From an uncultured delta proteobacterium (GTDB taxonomy: Bacteria > Desulfobacterota > Binatia > UBA9968): 64,000 nt of DNA. A program made the translations under genes and the position numbers. The stretch lies in contig CAVSHR010000006.1 in the NCBI GenBank assembly GCA_963727625.1, positions 192,001 to 256,000 on the forward strand, in the 5' to 3' direction. The notes below the pieces were generated by a model. It did no database searches, was not told where the DNA came from, and saw only the letters and a list, made by a program, of their open reading frames with translations. Below, piece by piece: positions 29,341 to 37,979 of this stretch. Positions within the stretch are counted from its first letter, which is position 1; every line of letters starts with the position of its first letter.

Positions 29341-29448
29341 AAGCAGCCGACCAAATTCGAGCGGGTAATTAATATCAAGGCCGCCAAGCAGATCGGTCTG
29401 ACGATCCCGCCGAATGTGCTGGCGCGGGCGGACAAAGTGATTCGATAG
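29341..29448 (+). repeat. Orphan SBP 3'-tail D
   Basis: [35 protein letters not shown]; begins 2 nt after the Prx stop. Confidence 0.92.
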
Positions 29449-29449
29449 C

Positions 29450-29564
29450 ATTTTCGGCTTTGGATTTTCGATTTGAGGGAAACGAACGATGAATGTAGTT
29501 TCTTTGAAGAGAATTTCCGAGCCTTACTCCGACAATCTAAAATCGGCAATCCAAAATCCAAAAT
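29450..29564. repeat. Heptamer inverted repeat straddling the start of SBP copy 8
   Basis: ATTTTCG GCTTTGG ATTTTCG ATTTGAG ... CAATCTA AAATCGG CAATCCA AAATCCA. Confidence 0.75.
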
Positions 29565-30538
29565 GGTGGGGAATCTTTGCATTCTCGCTCGCATTGGTCT
29601 TCGGTGGGTTTGAGGCACGGGCGCAGGAGCAACGCAAAATCCCCCGGATCGGCTATTTGTCCAACACCGATCCAGATCGAGATTCCGCCCGTGCCACGGC
29701 CTTTAAGCTTGCACTGCGCGACCTGGGGTACATCGAAGGAAAAAGCGTCGCCATCGAGTACCGAGACGCTAGGGGCGGGCGCGATCGGCAACGGAAATAC
29801 GCTGCCGAGCTGGCGAGTTTGCCCGTCAATTTAATCTTTGCAACGTCAACAACAATGGCCCTGGCTGCCAAAAGTTTCACCAAAGCGATTCCAATCATCT
29901 TTCTTAGTGCCACAGAGCCTGTGACATCGGGACTCGTAAAGAGCCTGGCACGCCCCAGCGGAAATCTTACAGGGTTTGCCACGATCGCAGCGGCATTAGC
30001 TGGCAAACGCTTGGAGTTGCTCAAGGAGACCCTTCCCAACCTTACGCGACTCGCCATCTTGTGGCAGCCGCAAAATAAAGGATCTGAAGAATCGTGGAAG
30101 GAAAGCCAACTGGCGGCTCGACAGCTCGGCTTGAAGATCCATTCCATGGAGGTCAGCAGCCCTGACAAGTTCGAGAGCGCTTTCGGTCTTGCGAGCAAGG
30201 CGAACAGCGATGCGCTAGCCGTGACGTTGAGTAGTTTATTCAGTTTAAATCGAAAATTGATTGTTTCCCTAGCAGCCAAACATCGGCTACCCGCGATCTA
30301 CACGCGCGATGAATTCGCCGATAGGGGTGGTTTGATGTCCTATGGTGCAGATGAAGGTGAGCCATTCAAGCGCATCGGCGTGATGATCGACAAGATTCTG
30401 AAAGGCGCGAAGCCTGCCGACCTACCAGTAGAGCAGCCGACGAAGTTCGAGTTGGTCATCAATTTAAGAACGGCCAAACAGATCGGCCTCACTATCCCGC
30501 CCAACGTGCTGGAAAGGGCGGATCGGGTGATCAGATGA
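29489..30538 (+). CDS. SBP array copy 8
   Basis: Family motifs; N-terminus contains repeat-encoded NLKSAIQNPK. Confidence 0.9.
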   Translation: MNVVSLKRISEPYSDNLKSAIQNPKWWGIFAFSLALVFGGFEARAQEQRKIPRIGYLSNTDPDRDSARATAFKLALRDLGYIEGKSVAIEYRDARGGRDRQRKYAAELASLPVNLIFATSTTMALAAKSFTKAIPIIFLSATEPVTSGLVKSLARPSGNLTGFATIAAALAGKRLELLKETLPNLTRLAILWQPQNKGSEESWKESQLAARQLGLKIHSMEVSSPDKFESAFGLASKANSDALAVTLSSLFSLNRKLIVSLAAKHRLPAIYTRDEFADRGGLMSYGADEGEPFKRIGVMIDKILKGAKPADLPVEQPTKFELVINLRTAKQIGLTIPPNVLERADRVIR

Positions 30539-30541
30539 CAG

Positions 30542-30614
30542 GACTGAGGGCTGAGCAATGAGTGCGAGTCTCCGGGCCTCTCCAACTCAGTACTCAGTCT
30601 TCGCTGGTCAGTCC
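30542..30614. repeat. Heptamer inverted-repeat leader
   Basis: GACTGAG GGCTGAG CAATGAG ... CTCAGTA CTCAGTC .. GTCAGTC. Confidence 0.75.
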
Positions 30615-30631
30615 TTTGCTGAAGAGGAGCG

Positions 30632-31612
30632 ATGAAAACCATTCCATGCCTAATCCTAATCATCGGGTTGATGGGCGGTGGCGCAATCGCCCAGGCGCAG
30701 CAGCCAAAGAAAATCCCGCGGATAGGATTCCTCTATAGCGTTACCTCTTCCTCGGTGGCGGCCCGCGCCGAGGCATTCCGGCAAGGTCTGCGCGAGCTTG
30801 GCTACATTGAAGGGAAGAACATTGTTATTGAGTGGCGATTTGCAGAGGGAAAACTAGATCGCCTCCCCGCGCTTGTGTCGGAGCTGGTGCGTCTTAAGGT
30901 AGACGTGATCGTCACGAGTGGCTCGTCACCAACCCGCTCTGCCAGGAAAGCAACTGTTTCGATTCCCATTGTGATGGCGCGCGAAACCGATCCTGTTGGG
31001 AATGGATTCGTCGCCAGCTTGGCGCGGCCTGGCGGGAACATCACTGGATTGTCAATTCTCGCCCCGGAGATAAGCGGGAAACAGGTGGGGCTTTTGAAGG
31101 AGATTGTTCCCAGGCTCTCACGCGTGGCCGTCCTCGGGACTTCGACCACTCTAGGTTGGGCACACTCGTTAAACGAGATGGAGATCGCTGCGGGGGCATT
31201 GGGAGTGAAGCTTCAGTACCTAGATGTGCTAAATGTCAAAGACATTGTGACTGTATTCCGAGCCGCAATTGAGGAGCGTGCTGACGCAGTCCTCGTGCTA
31301 GGGAGCCCAATTTACGCTTCTCATCGAAATCAGATTGCGGGCATCGCGGTAAAAAGCCGGCTTCCGACGATATACCGCAATTCACAATATGTGGAAGCCG
31401 GGGGACTTATGTCCTACGGGGTGAACCTGCCCGACTTGGACCGGCGCGCCGCTATTTATGTGGACAAAATTCTGAAAGGCAGGAAACCCGCAGACCTTCC
31501 CGTAGAGCAACCGGTCAAGTTCGAGTTTGTCATCAACCTGAAAACAGCAAAGCAAATCGGACTCACGATTCCGCCCAATGTACTTGCGCGGGCGAATAAA
31601 GTAATAAGGTGA
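30632..31612 (+). CDS. SBP array copy 9 (close paralog of copy 3)
   Basis: RBS GAGGAG; family motifs. Confidence 0.92.
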   Translation: MKTIPCLILIIGLMGGGAIAQAQQPKKIPRIGFLYSVTSSSVAARAEAFRQGLRELGYIEGKNIVIEWRFAEGKLDRLPALVSELVRLKVDVIVTSGSSPTRSARKATVSIPIVMARETDPVGNGFVASLARPGGNITGLSILAPEISGKQVGLLKEIVPRLSRVAVLGTSTTLGWAHSLNEMEIAAGALGVKLQYLDVLNVKDIVTVFRAAIEERADAVLVLGSPIYASHRNQIAGIAVKSRLPTIYRNSQYVEAGGLMSYGVNLPDLDRRAAIYVDKILKGRKPADLPVEQPVKFEFVINLKTAKQIGLTIPPNVLARANKVIR

Positions 31613-34038
31613 ATACACCGCCCATGAGCCACTGGACCGCAAAGCTTCGGCAAATGCCTTTCTTAAGAATCTTTGGAGCGCCGCGCCGAGGGCGGTTAGT
31701 GCGCGACTACTTTCTGATCTCGGTCATCTTAATTGGCGGCGGGCTGATCACCAGCGGCCTCGTCGAAATCTATTTTCGCTATCACGAAAGCCGCGATCAG
31801 TTGGGCCGCTTGCAGAAAGAGATCGCCGCCGGCGCCGCCTTCAAGATCGAGAGCTTCGTTCAGGAGATTCACAATACCCTCAAGGGCGCGACTAAAAGCC
31901 GCGACATCGCGCCCAAGGGACTCACTCCGGACTTTCGCTTCGAGCTCGAAAAACTTTTGCTGATCGCGCCGGCAGTGACCGAAGCCGTAGCGCTCAATGA
32001 GAAAGGCCGGATCCAAGTCCAGGCGTCGCGCCTGCGCACCGTGCTGCCCGACGCCAGAAAGGATCTTTCCGGCTCGGAACCGTTCAAACAAGCGCGCGAG
32101 GGAAAGTCCTATTTCGGCCGGGTCTACTTCGTGCGCGGCTCCGAGCCCTATATGACGATCGCGGTCCCGATCGAGCGCTTCGCCGGCGACGTCATCGGCG
32201 TGCTGCAAGCGGAAGTCAACCTTAAATACATCGGCGATGTCGTTTCGAGTATCACCATCGGCAAAGCGGGTTATGCCTACGCTGTGAGCCGATCCGGCGA
32301 ACTGATCGCCCACCCCGACATCAGTTTGGTCTTGCAACGCCGCAACGTGCGCCAATTGGCTGCCGTCAAAGCCGCCTTCGAGAGCCAGCCCGGAGTGGCG
32401 CCACTAGACGCACTCGTCACAAAAAATATTCAGGGAAAGGAAGTGCTGAGTTCGTTTGCGATCATTCCCGATTTCGGCTGGGCGGTGATCGTCGACCGGC
32501 CCTTGGCCGAGGCCTACGAAGCGCTCTATGCCTCGATGCTGCGCACCGCCGCTCTGTTCCTGATCGGTCTCAGCATGGCGCTATTCGCCAGTTATTTTCT
32601 CGCCCGCCGCGTCGTGCAACCGGTGCGGATACTGCGCGAAGGCGTGGAGCGCATCGGTACCGGCGATCTCGGCTATCGGTTGAATCTCAAGACCGGCGAC
32701 GAAATAGAAGTGCTCGCCGATGAATTCAACAAAATGACTTCCCAGCTCGAGGAATCTTACGCCAACTTGGAGCAGAAGGTCGAAGACCGCACGAGGGAGC
32801 TGACGGAGTCGCTGGAGCAGCAGACGGCGACCAGCGAAGTCCTGCGCGTCATCGCGGGATCGCCGAAAGATGTCCAACCGGTGCTTGACGTCGTGGCGGA
32901 GCGGGCAGCAAAGCTCTGCGACGCCGAGGACGCGATCATCTTTCGCGCCTTTGGCGATTACCATCAGAGAGTCGCCAAGTTTGGCTCGATTCCAGCCCCG
33001 GATTTTCCGGTGTCGATCACGCGCGGTTTTCCCGGCGGCCGAGCCATTCTCGACCGGAAGACCGTTCACATCCATGATATCGAGGAGGTGCTCGAGACCG
33101 AATATACGGACGTCCGGTCGATTCAAAAAGAGATCGGGCAGCGCACCGTGCTCGCCACGCCACTCTTGCGCGAGGGCGTCGCGATCGGCGCCATCGTCAT
33201 TCGCCGCCTGCAAGTACGGCCGTTTACCGACAAGCAGATTGCGCTGCTCAAAACCTTCGCCGATCAGGCCGTGATCGCCATCGAAAACGTCCGTCTGTTC
33301 CAGGAGATTCAGGAGAAGAACGAACAGCTCGAGGCTGCCAGCCGACACAAATCTCAATTTCTCGCCAACGTCAGCCACGAGCTGCGCACGCCGCTCAATT
33401 CGATCATCGGCTTTACAAGAATAGTTTTGCGCCGCACGGAGGGCAAGATCGAAAGCCTGCAAAAAGAAAATCTGAAAAAAGTTTTGATCAGCGCAGATCA
33501 TTTGCTGAGCCTGATCAACGAGCTGCTCGACCTGGCAAAGATCGAGGCGGGGCGGATGGAAGCCTACGCGGAAACGTTTAAAGTCGACGAGATCATCCGC
33601 ATGGCCATGTCCACGGTCGAACCGATGCTTAGGAACGGCCGGGTAAATCTGGTCACGGACATCGCTCCGGACATTCCGCCGCTGAAAACCGATCGAGACA
33701 AGCTCAAACAGTCCGTCCTCAATCTTCTCAGCAACGCCGTCAAGTTCACCGAGAGCGGCGAGATCAAGGTCACAGCGTGGCGAGACAATGGTTCTTTGAA
33801 GCTCACCGTATCCGATACCGGCATAGGCATGAACCCGGAAGCGCTCCGATACATCTTCGACGAGTTCCGCCAGGCTGACATGTCGAGCACGCGCAAATAC
33901 GGCGGCACGGGCCTTGGCTTGGCCATTGTGAAAAAGTTCATCAATCTTATGGGCGGCGATATCGTCGTCGCAAGCGAAGAAGGCAAAGGATCGACGTTCA
34001 CGATCACGATGCCGCTGGAACTGAAAATTCAAGGGTAA
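31609..34038 (+). CDS. Sensor histidine kinase: TM-Cache-TM-HAMP-GAF-HisKA-HATPase
   Basis: YAYAVSRSGELIAHPD (Cache), DEIEVLADEFNKM (HAMP), FADQAVIAIEN (GAF), SHELRTPL, NAVKF, DTGIG, GTGLGL; GTGA overlap with SBP copy 9. Confidence 0.93.
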   Translation: MNTPPMSHWTAKLRQMPFLRIFGAPRRGRLVRDYFLISVILIGGGLITSGLVEIYFRYHESRDQLGRLQKEIAAGAAFKIESFVQEIHNTLKGATKSRDIAPKGLTPDFRFELEKLLLIAPAVTEAVALNEKGRIQVQASRLRTVLPDARKDLSGSEPFKQAREGKSYFGRVYFVRGSEPYMTIAVPIERFAGDVIGVLQAEVNLKYIGDVVSSITIGKAGYAYAVSRSGELIAHPDISLVLQRRNVRQLAAVKAAFESQPGVAPLDALVTKNIQGKEVLSSFAIIPDFGWAVIVDRPLAEAYEALYASMLRTAALFLIGLSMALFASYFLARRVVQPVRILREGVERIGTGDLGYRLNLKTGDEIEVLADEFNKMTSQLEESYANLEQKVEDRTRELTESLEQQTATSEVLRVIAGSPKDVQPVLDVVAERAAKLCDAEDAIIFRAFGDYHQRVAKFGSIPAPDFPVSITRGFPGGRAILDRKTVHIHDIEEVLETEYTDVRSIQKEIGQRTVLATPLLREGVAIGAIVIRRLQVRPFTDKQIALLKTFADQAVIAIENVRLFQEIQEKNEQLEAASRHKSQFLANVSHELRTPLNSIIGFTRIVLRRTEGKIESLQKENLKKVLISADHLLSLINELLDLAKIEAGRMEAYAETFKVDEIIRMAMSTVEPMLRNGRVNLVTDIAPDIPPLKTDRDKLKQSVLNLLSNAVKFTESGEIKVTAWRDNGSLKLTVSDTGIGMNPEALRYIFDEFRQADMSSTRKYGGTGLGLAIVKKFINLMGGDIVVASEEGKGSTFTITMPLELKIQG

Positions 34039-34196
34039 GACGGCAAGAGTAAGAGACCGGGCGTAAGGCAAGTAATGCAGGATCTCTCGAGGAATTTAAT
34101 CCTGAGCCGATTCGACTTTGCGTCGGGTAAACTTCGCCGAAGGCCTCAAAAATGTTTTTGGCTTTGCCAGTGGAAGCACCCCGAAGGGAAAAAATA

Positions 34197-35171
34197 ATGC
34201 GACAGTGGTTCATCTTCTTCGTACTGCTCGCCGTTAGCGTTTCACGAACTTGCGATGTGATTGCAGCCGAGCGCGCCCTGCCGGTCAGGATCGGCGTGCT
34301 TACGGAGGGATTTGGGCCGACCACCGGTGCAGTAGGCCTGCGGGATGGGCTTAAGGGACTTGGTTACCGGGAGGATAAAGATTTCGTGATCGGCGTCCGA
34401 TTTACTCAGGGCGATGCCTTGGCGCTTCCCGAGGCGGTTAGGAAACTTATCCGGCAAGGAGTGGATATTCTGATCACAGAGGGACGGAGCGCAGCAAAGG
34501 CAGCTCAACTGGAAACCAAAGTATTGCCGATCGTCTTTGCCGGAGGTGGCGATCCGGTCGGGTTCGGTCTGATTCGGAGCTTTGCCCGTCCTGGAACTAA
34601 TATTACGGGTGTAAGCGATCTCGATATTGAGTTGGGCCCCAAGCGCCTTGAGATTTTTAAGGAGATGATCCCCGAGCTAAATCGTGTGTTATTCCCCTAC
34701 GATGCGACCGATGCCTACAGCGTTTCCGAGGCGAAGGCGTATCGCGATGCCGCGCGTCGGCTCAGAATCGCGCTGATTGAGAAAGAGCTGCGCACTGAGG
34801 ATGAGGCAAAATCGGTCCTGGGCAAGTTAAGAAAAGGCGACATCCACGGCATCCTGTCACCACGTCCGATGACAGCGAATATTCCTGGATACGTCCGCGA
34901 GGCGGGTTCCCGGTCTTCCATACCGACGATGTTTGCCGCGACTTTTTTTGCGGAGAATGGTGGCCTCGCAAGTTACACTCCCAATTCCTACGAATCCGGC
35001 CGAATGGCGGCGCGGCTGGTGGACAAGATTCTAAAAGGCGAGAGTCCCGGTAAAATCCCCGTGGAGGTGAACAACAAGATCGAACTGGTTATCAACCTGA
35101 AGGTTGCGAAGGCATTGGGGATCAAGATCGCCCCGCAGGCGTTGTATAAGGCAAACCGAGTCATCCGATGA
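34197..35171 (+). CDS. SBP paralog 10
   Basis: DPVGFGLIRSFARPGTNITG, ELVINLKVAKALG. Confidence 0.9.
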   Translation: MRQWFIFFVLLAVSVSRTCDVIAAERALPVRIGVLTEGFGPTTGAVGLRDGLKGLGYREDKDFVIGVRFTQGDALALPEAVRKLIRQGVDILITEGRSAAKAAQLETKVLPIVFAGGGDPVGFGLIRSFARPGTNITGVSDLDIELGPKRLEIFKEMIPELNRVLFPYDATDAYSVSEAKAYRDAARRLRIALIEKELRTEDEAKSVLGKLRKGDIHGILSPRPMTANIPGYVREAGSRSSIPTMFAATFFAENGGLASYTPNSYESGRMAARLVDKILKGESPGKIPVEVNNKIELVINLKVAKALGIKIAPQALYKANRVIR

Positions 35172-35237
35172 CTCACTGACATAGCGCAGAATGAAAATTG
35201 CAAAATGCAGACTGCCAAGCAGAGAGGAGACCAAGAG

Positions 35238-35795
35238 ATGAGTAATTCAATGGCGTATCGGAAGGTTTTGTTTTTCTTGATCCTGCTCCTGGCCGGCGGG
35301 CTAGGTATGGCCGGTGCCGCTTGGGCCATTGAGGTGGGCGACCGGGCGCCCGACTTCAAGCTGCCGGCGACCACCGGGGTGGATATTTCGCTGAGCGAGT
35401 TCCGAGGCAAGAAATGGGTGCTGGTCGAGTTCTATGGCGCGGATTTCCAGCCCACCTGAGCGGCGAACCTGACGGCCAGGAAGGCCGACTACAACCGGTT
35501 CCAGGCCCTGGGTGTCCAGAACCTTGGCATCAGCGCCAATGCGACCTTCTCGCAGCAGACCTTCGCCGACTCGCTAAAGCTGCCGTTTCCACTGCTCAGC
35601 GACTTTCAGGAGCGCAAGGTCATCCGCAGTTACGGTGTGCTTAACGACAAGCTTATGATCGCGAATAGGTCGTTTTTTCTTATCGACCCGCAAGGAATCA
35701 TCCGCAAGAAATGGATCATCAATAATCCAGCGGTGACGGTTGTCTATAGCCCCACTTTGCTCAAGGATATCGAGGAGATCGTCGGCAAGAAATAA
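35238..35795 (+). CDS. Exported peroxiredoxin-like selenoprotein, Sec at UGA 35457-35459
   Basis: RBS GAGGAG; VGDRAPDFKLP..FYGADFQPT-U-AANL..LGISANATFSQ..FPLLSD..RSFFLIDPQGIIR..GKK*; 111 open codons after UGA; no Cys. Confidence 0.88.
35473..35487 (+). promoter_or_regulatory. Putative SECIS hairpin
   Basis: CGGCC-AGGAA-GGCCG; loop starts 19 nt after UGA with G in position 2. Confidence 0.65.
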
Positions 35796-35887
35796 ATTGG
35801 CTCGCGGGCTATCGACGCGGGCTCGTCAGCACGTGCTGGCGCGTCCCTGGGATAGTGGGGCCCGATTCGACGATACGAAACGATAAA

Positions 35888-36451
35888 ATGAGCAATCGAA
35901 CGCGGCAGGAAATCGCAGGATTTCTAATTGTGATCGTGGCGATCCTCGGCACTCCGCCGGAGAATCACGCCGCGGCGCCGGATATGTTGGGGAAACTCCA
36001 TCTCTCCACCTACCCTCGCGTCACAAAACCGCCAAAGTTCAATGGCACCACTATCGATGGCCGGAAGGTATCTCTGGTTTCTCTGGTCGGCAAGGTTGTT
36101 GTCGTCAATTTCTGGGCGACCTGGTGCCAAGAATGCCGACTTGAGATGCCCATGTTCGAGCAGATGCACCGCGAGTTCGCGGTGCATGGACTCAGTGTTA
36201 TCGGGATCAATGCTCGCGAAGGGCCAGTGGCCATCCGTGCATACGCCAAAGAGCTCCGCTTAACTTTTCCCCTGTTGCTCGATCCAAAGGGAGAGATCAA
36301 TGCGGCTTACGGAGTCGTCGGTCTACCGGCTACTTTTCTCATTGGTCGCGACAGACGCGCGGTTGCGCGGGCCGTCGGACCGAGAGAGTGGACGAGCAAC
36401 CCCGCCATCGTCATTATCAGAACGCTCCTGAACGAGCCAATGGACCGATAA
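35888..36451 (+). CDS. TlpA/ResA-like thiol-disulfide oxidoreductase
   Basis: VVNFWATWCQECRLEMP, GLPATFLI. Confidence 0.88.
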   Translation: MSNRTRQEIAGFLIVIVAILGTPPENHAAAPDMLGKLHLSTYPRVTKPPKFNGTTIDGRKVSLVSLVGKVVVVNFWATWCQECRLEMPMFEQMHREFAVHGLSVIGINAREGPVAIRAYAKELRLTFPLLLDPKGEINAAYGVVGLPATFLIGRDRRAVARAVGPREWTSNPAIVIIRTLLNEPMDR

Positions 36452-36478
36452 GAGCCACCCACTCTGGAGGTAACCAAC

Positions 36479-36844
36479 ATGGAAATGAAAAAAATTCTCG
36501 TGGTCGATGACACGGATTGGAACCGCGACCTGCTGGTTCAGCTTCTGGAGGAAGACTACGAGATACTTCAGGCCGTTGACGGTGCCGAAGGCGTGAGAAT
36601 AACGGAGCAGAGCAAGCCCGATCTGATCCTCATGGATCTCGGCATGCCGGTCATGGATGGATGGGAAGCGAGCCGGAGAATCAAAGCCGACCCCGGGCTC
36701 AAGCATATTCCGATTATCGCGGTTACGTCCCACGCCATGGTCGGCGACGAGATCGAGGCCCGCAAGGCCGGCTGCGACGATTACCTGCCCAAGCCGATCG
36801 ATGAAGATTTGCTGCTGCAAAAGATCAAAAAATTTCTCGAATAA
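36479..36844 (+). CDS. Single-domain response regulator (DivK/CheY-like)
   Basis: ILVVDD, ILMDLGMPVMDG, AGCDDYLPKP. Confidence 0.92.
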   Translation: MEMKKILVVDDTDWNRDLLVQLLEEDYEILQAVDGAEGVRITEQSKPDLILMDLGMPVMDGWEASRRIKADPGLKHIPIIAVTSHAMVGDEIEARKAGCDDYLPKPIDEDLLLQKIKKFLE

Positions 36845-36887
36845 ATCAACGATGGCTTATTCGAGTTCAATCGCGCAAAGGTGAGAT

Positions 36888-37970
36888 ATGTTAAACAAGA
36901 TCCTCATCGTCGACGATGAGCCGTTTAATCTCGACCTCCTCGAGCAAGAGCTGGGCGACTACGACTACGTGATTGAAAGAGCGACTGATGGCACCGAGGC
37001 GCTGGAGAAAACCGCTAGTTTCGAGCCCGATGTCATATTGCTCGATTACATGATGCCGCGCATGAACGGGCTCGAAGTCGTCAAACGGCTGCGCGAAAAC
37101 CCGCAGCATAAGGGCATCCCGGTTATTCTGCTCACGGCCAAGGCAACGCAGGAAGACAAAGTGCGCGGCCTCGACGCCGGCGCCGATGACTACGTGACCA
37201 AACCTTTCGACTCGATCGAGCTATTGGCGCGGGTGCGCGCCATGTTGCGGCTCAAGGAAATGCACGACCAACTTGAAGAATGGAACCGAACCCTCGCCGA
37301 AAAGGTGCAGGAACAGGTGCACGAGATCGAACGCATGGCCCGCCTCAAGCGCTATCTCTCGCCGCAAATCGCCGAGACCATCCTTGGCTCGGACGACTCG
37401 CTGTTCAAGACCCACCGGCGTGAAATTACCATCGTGTTTCTCGATCTCAGGGGATTTACCGCCTTCTCCGACAGCGCCGAGCCCGAAGAGGTCATGGAAT
37501 TTTTGCGCCATTACCACGCCGAGATGGGCCAGTTAGTCTTCAAGTTCGAGGGCACATTGGAACGTTTCGTGGGCGACGGGATTGTGATAATTTTCAATGA
37601 TCCGATTCCCTGCGAAAATTACGCCGAGAAGGCGGCGCGAATGGCGCTGGAGATGCGCGACCGGGTGAAGGAGCTGCGTGCCGCCTGGCGCAAAAAGGGA
37701 TATGACCTGGATTTGGGCGTCGGCCTGGCGTGCGGTTACGCAACCCTGGGGACCATGGGCTTCGAAGGACGCATGGACTACGGCACGGTGGGTAATCTGC
37801 CGAATCTGGCGGCGCGCCTATGCGCCGAGGCCAAAGGCGGACAGATCCTTACCGACCAGAAAACCATGAGTCGATTGGAAGACGGGTTTGCAGCGGAATC
37901 GATCCAGGAGCTAAATCTCAAAGGCATCAACCGCCCGGTTACGGCTTTCAATATCACGGGCGCCAAATAG
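36888..37970 (+). CDS. REC-domain class III adenylate/guanylate cyclase
   Basis: Receiver domain plus TIVFLDLRGFT, RFVGDG, YGTVGNLPNLAARLC. Confidence 0.92.
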   Translation: MLNKILIVDDEPFNLDLLEQELGDYDYVIERATDGTEALEKTASFEPDVILLDYMMPRMNGLEVVKRLRENPQHKGIPVILLTAKATQEDKVRGLDAGADDYVTKPFDSIELLARVRAMLRLKEMHDQLEEWNRTLAEKVQEQVHEIERMARLKRYLSPQIAETILGSDDSLFKTHRREITIVFLDLRGFTAFSDSAEPEEVMEFLRHYHAEMGQLVFKFEGTLERFVGDGIVIIFNDPIPCENYAEKAARMALEMRDRVKELRAAWRKKGYDLDLGVGLACGYATLGTMGFEGRMDYGTVGNLPNLAARLCAEAKGGQILTDQKTMSRLEDGFAAESIQELNLKGINRPVTAFNITGAK

Positions 37971-37979
37971 CAGGCAGCG

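Noticed and set aside
19167-31612. Classical integron or CRISPR array
   Set aside because: No intI or cas gene was recognised, no attC core sites or constant repeat-spacer period were seen, and the repeats are coding-derived tails.
19167-31612. Diversity-generating retroelement (orphan tails as template repeats)
   Set aside because: No reverse transcriptase is in the window, and differences between tails are mostly synonymous rather than adenine-specific.
32581-34071. 496-aa antisense ORF (and similar ORFs at 50689-51855, 57438-58406, 57857-58747)
   Set aside because: Shadow ORFs of well-supported genes, with no recognisable motifs.
34099-34144. REP-like degenerate palindrome after the kinase
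   Set aside because: Single degenerate copy; cannot be assigned and is not an SBP tail.
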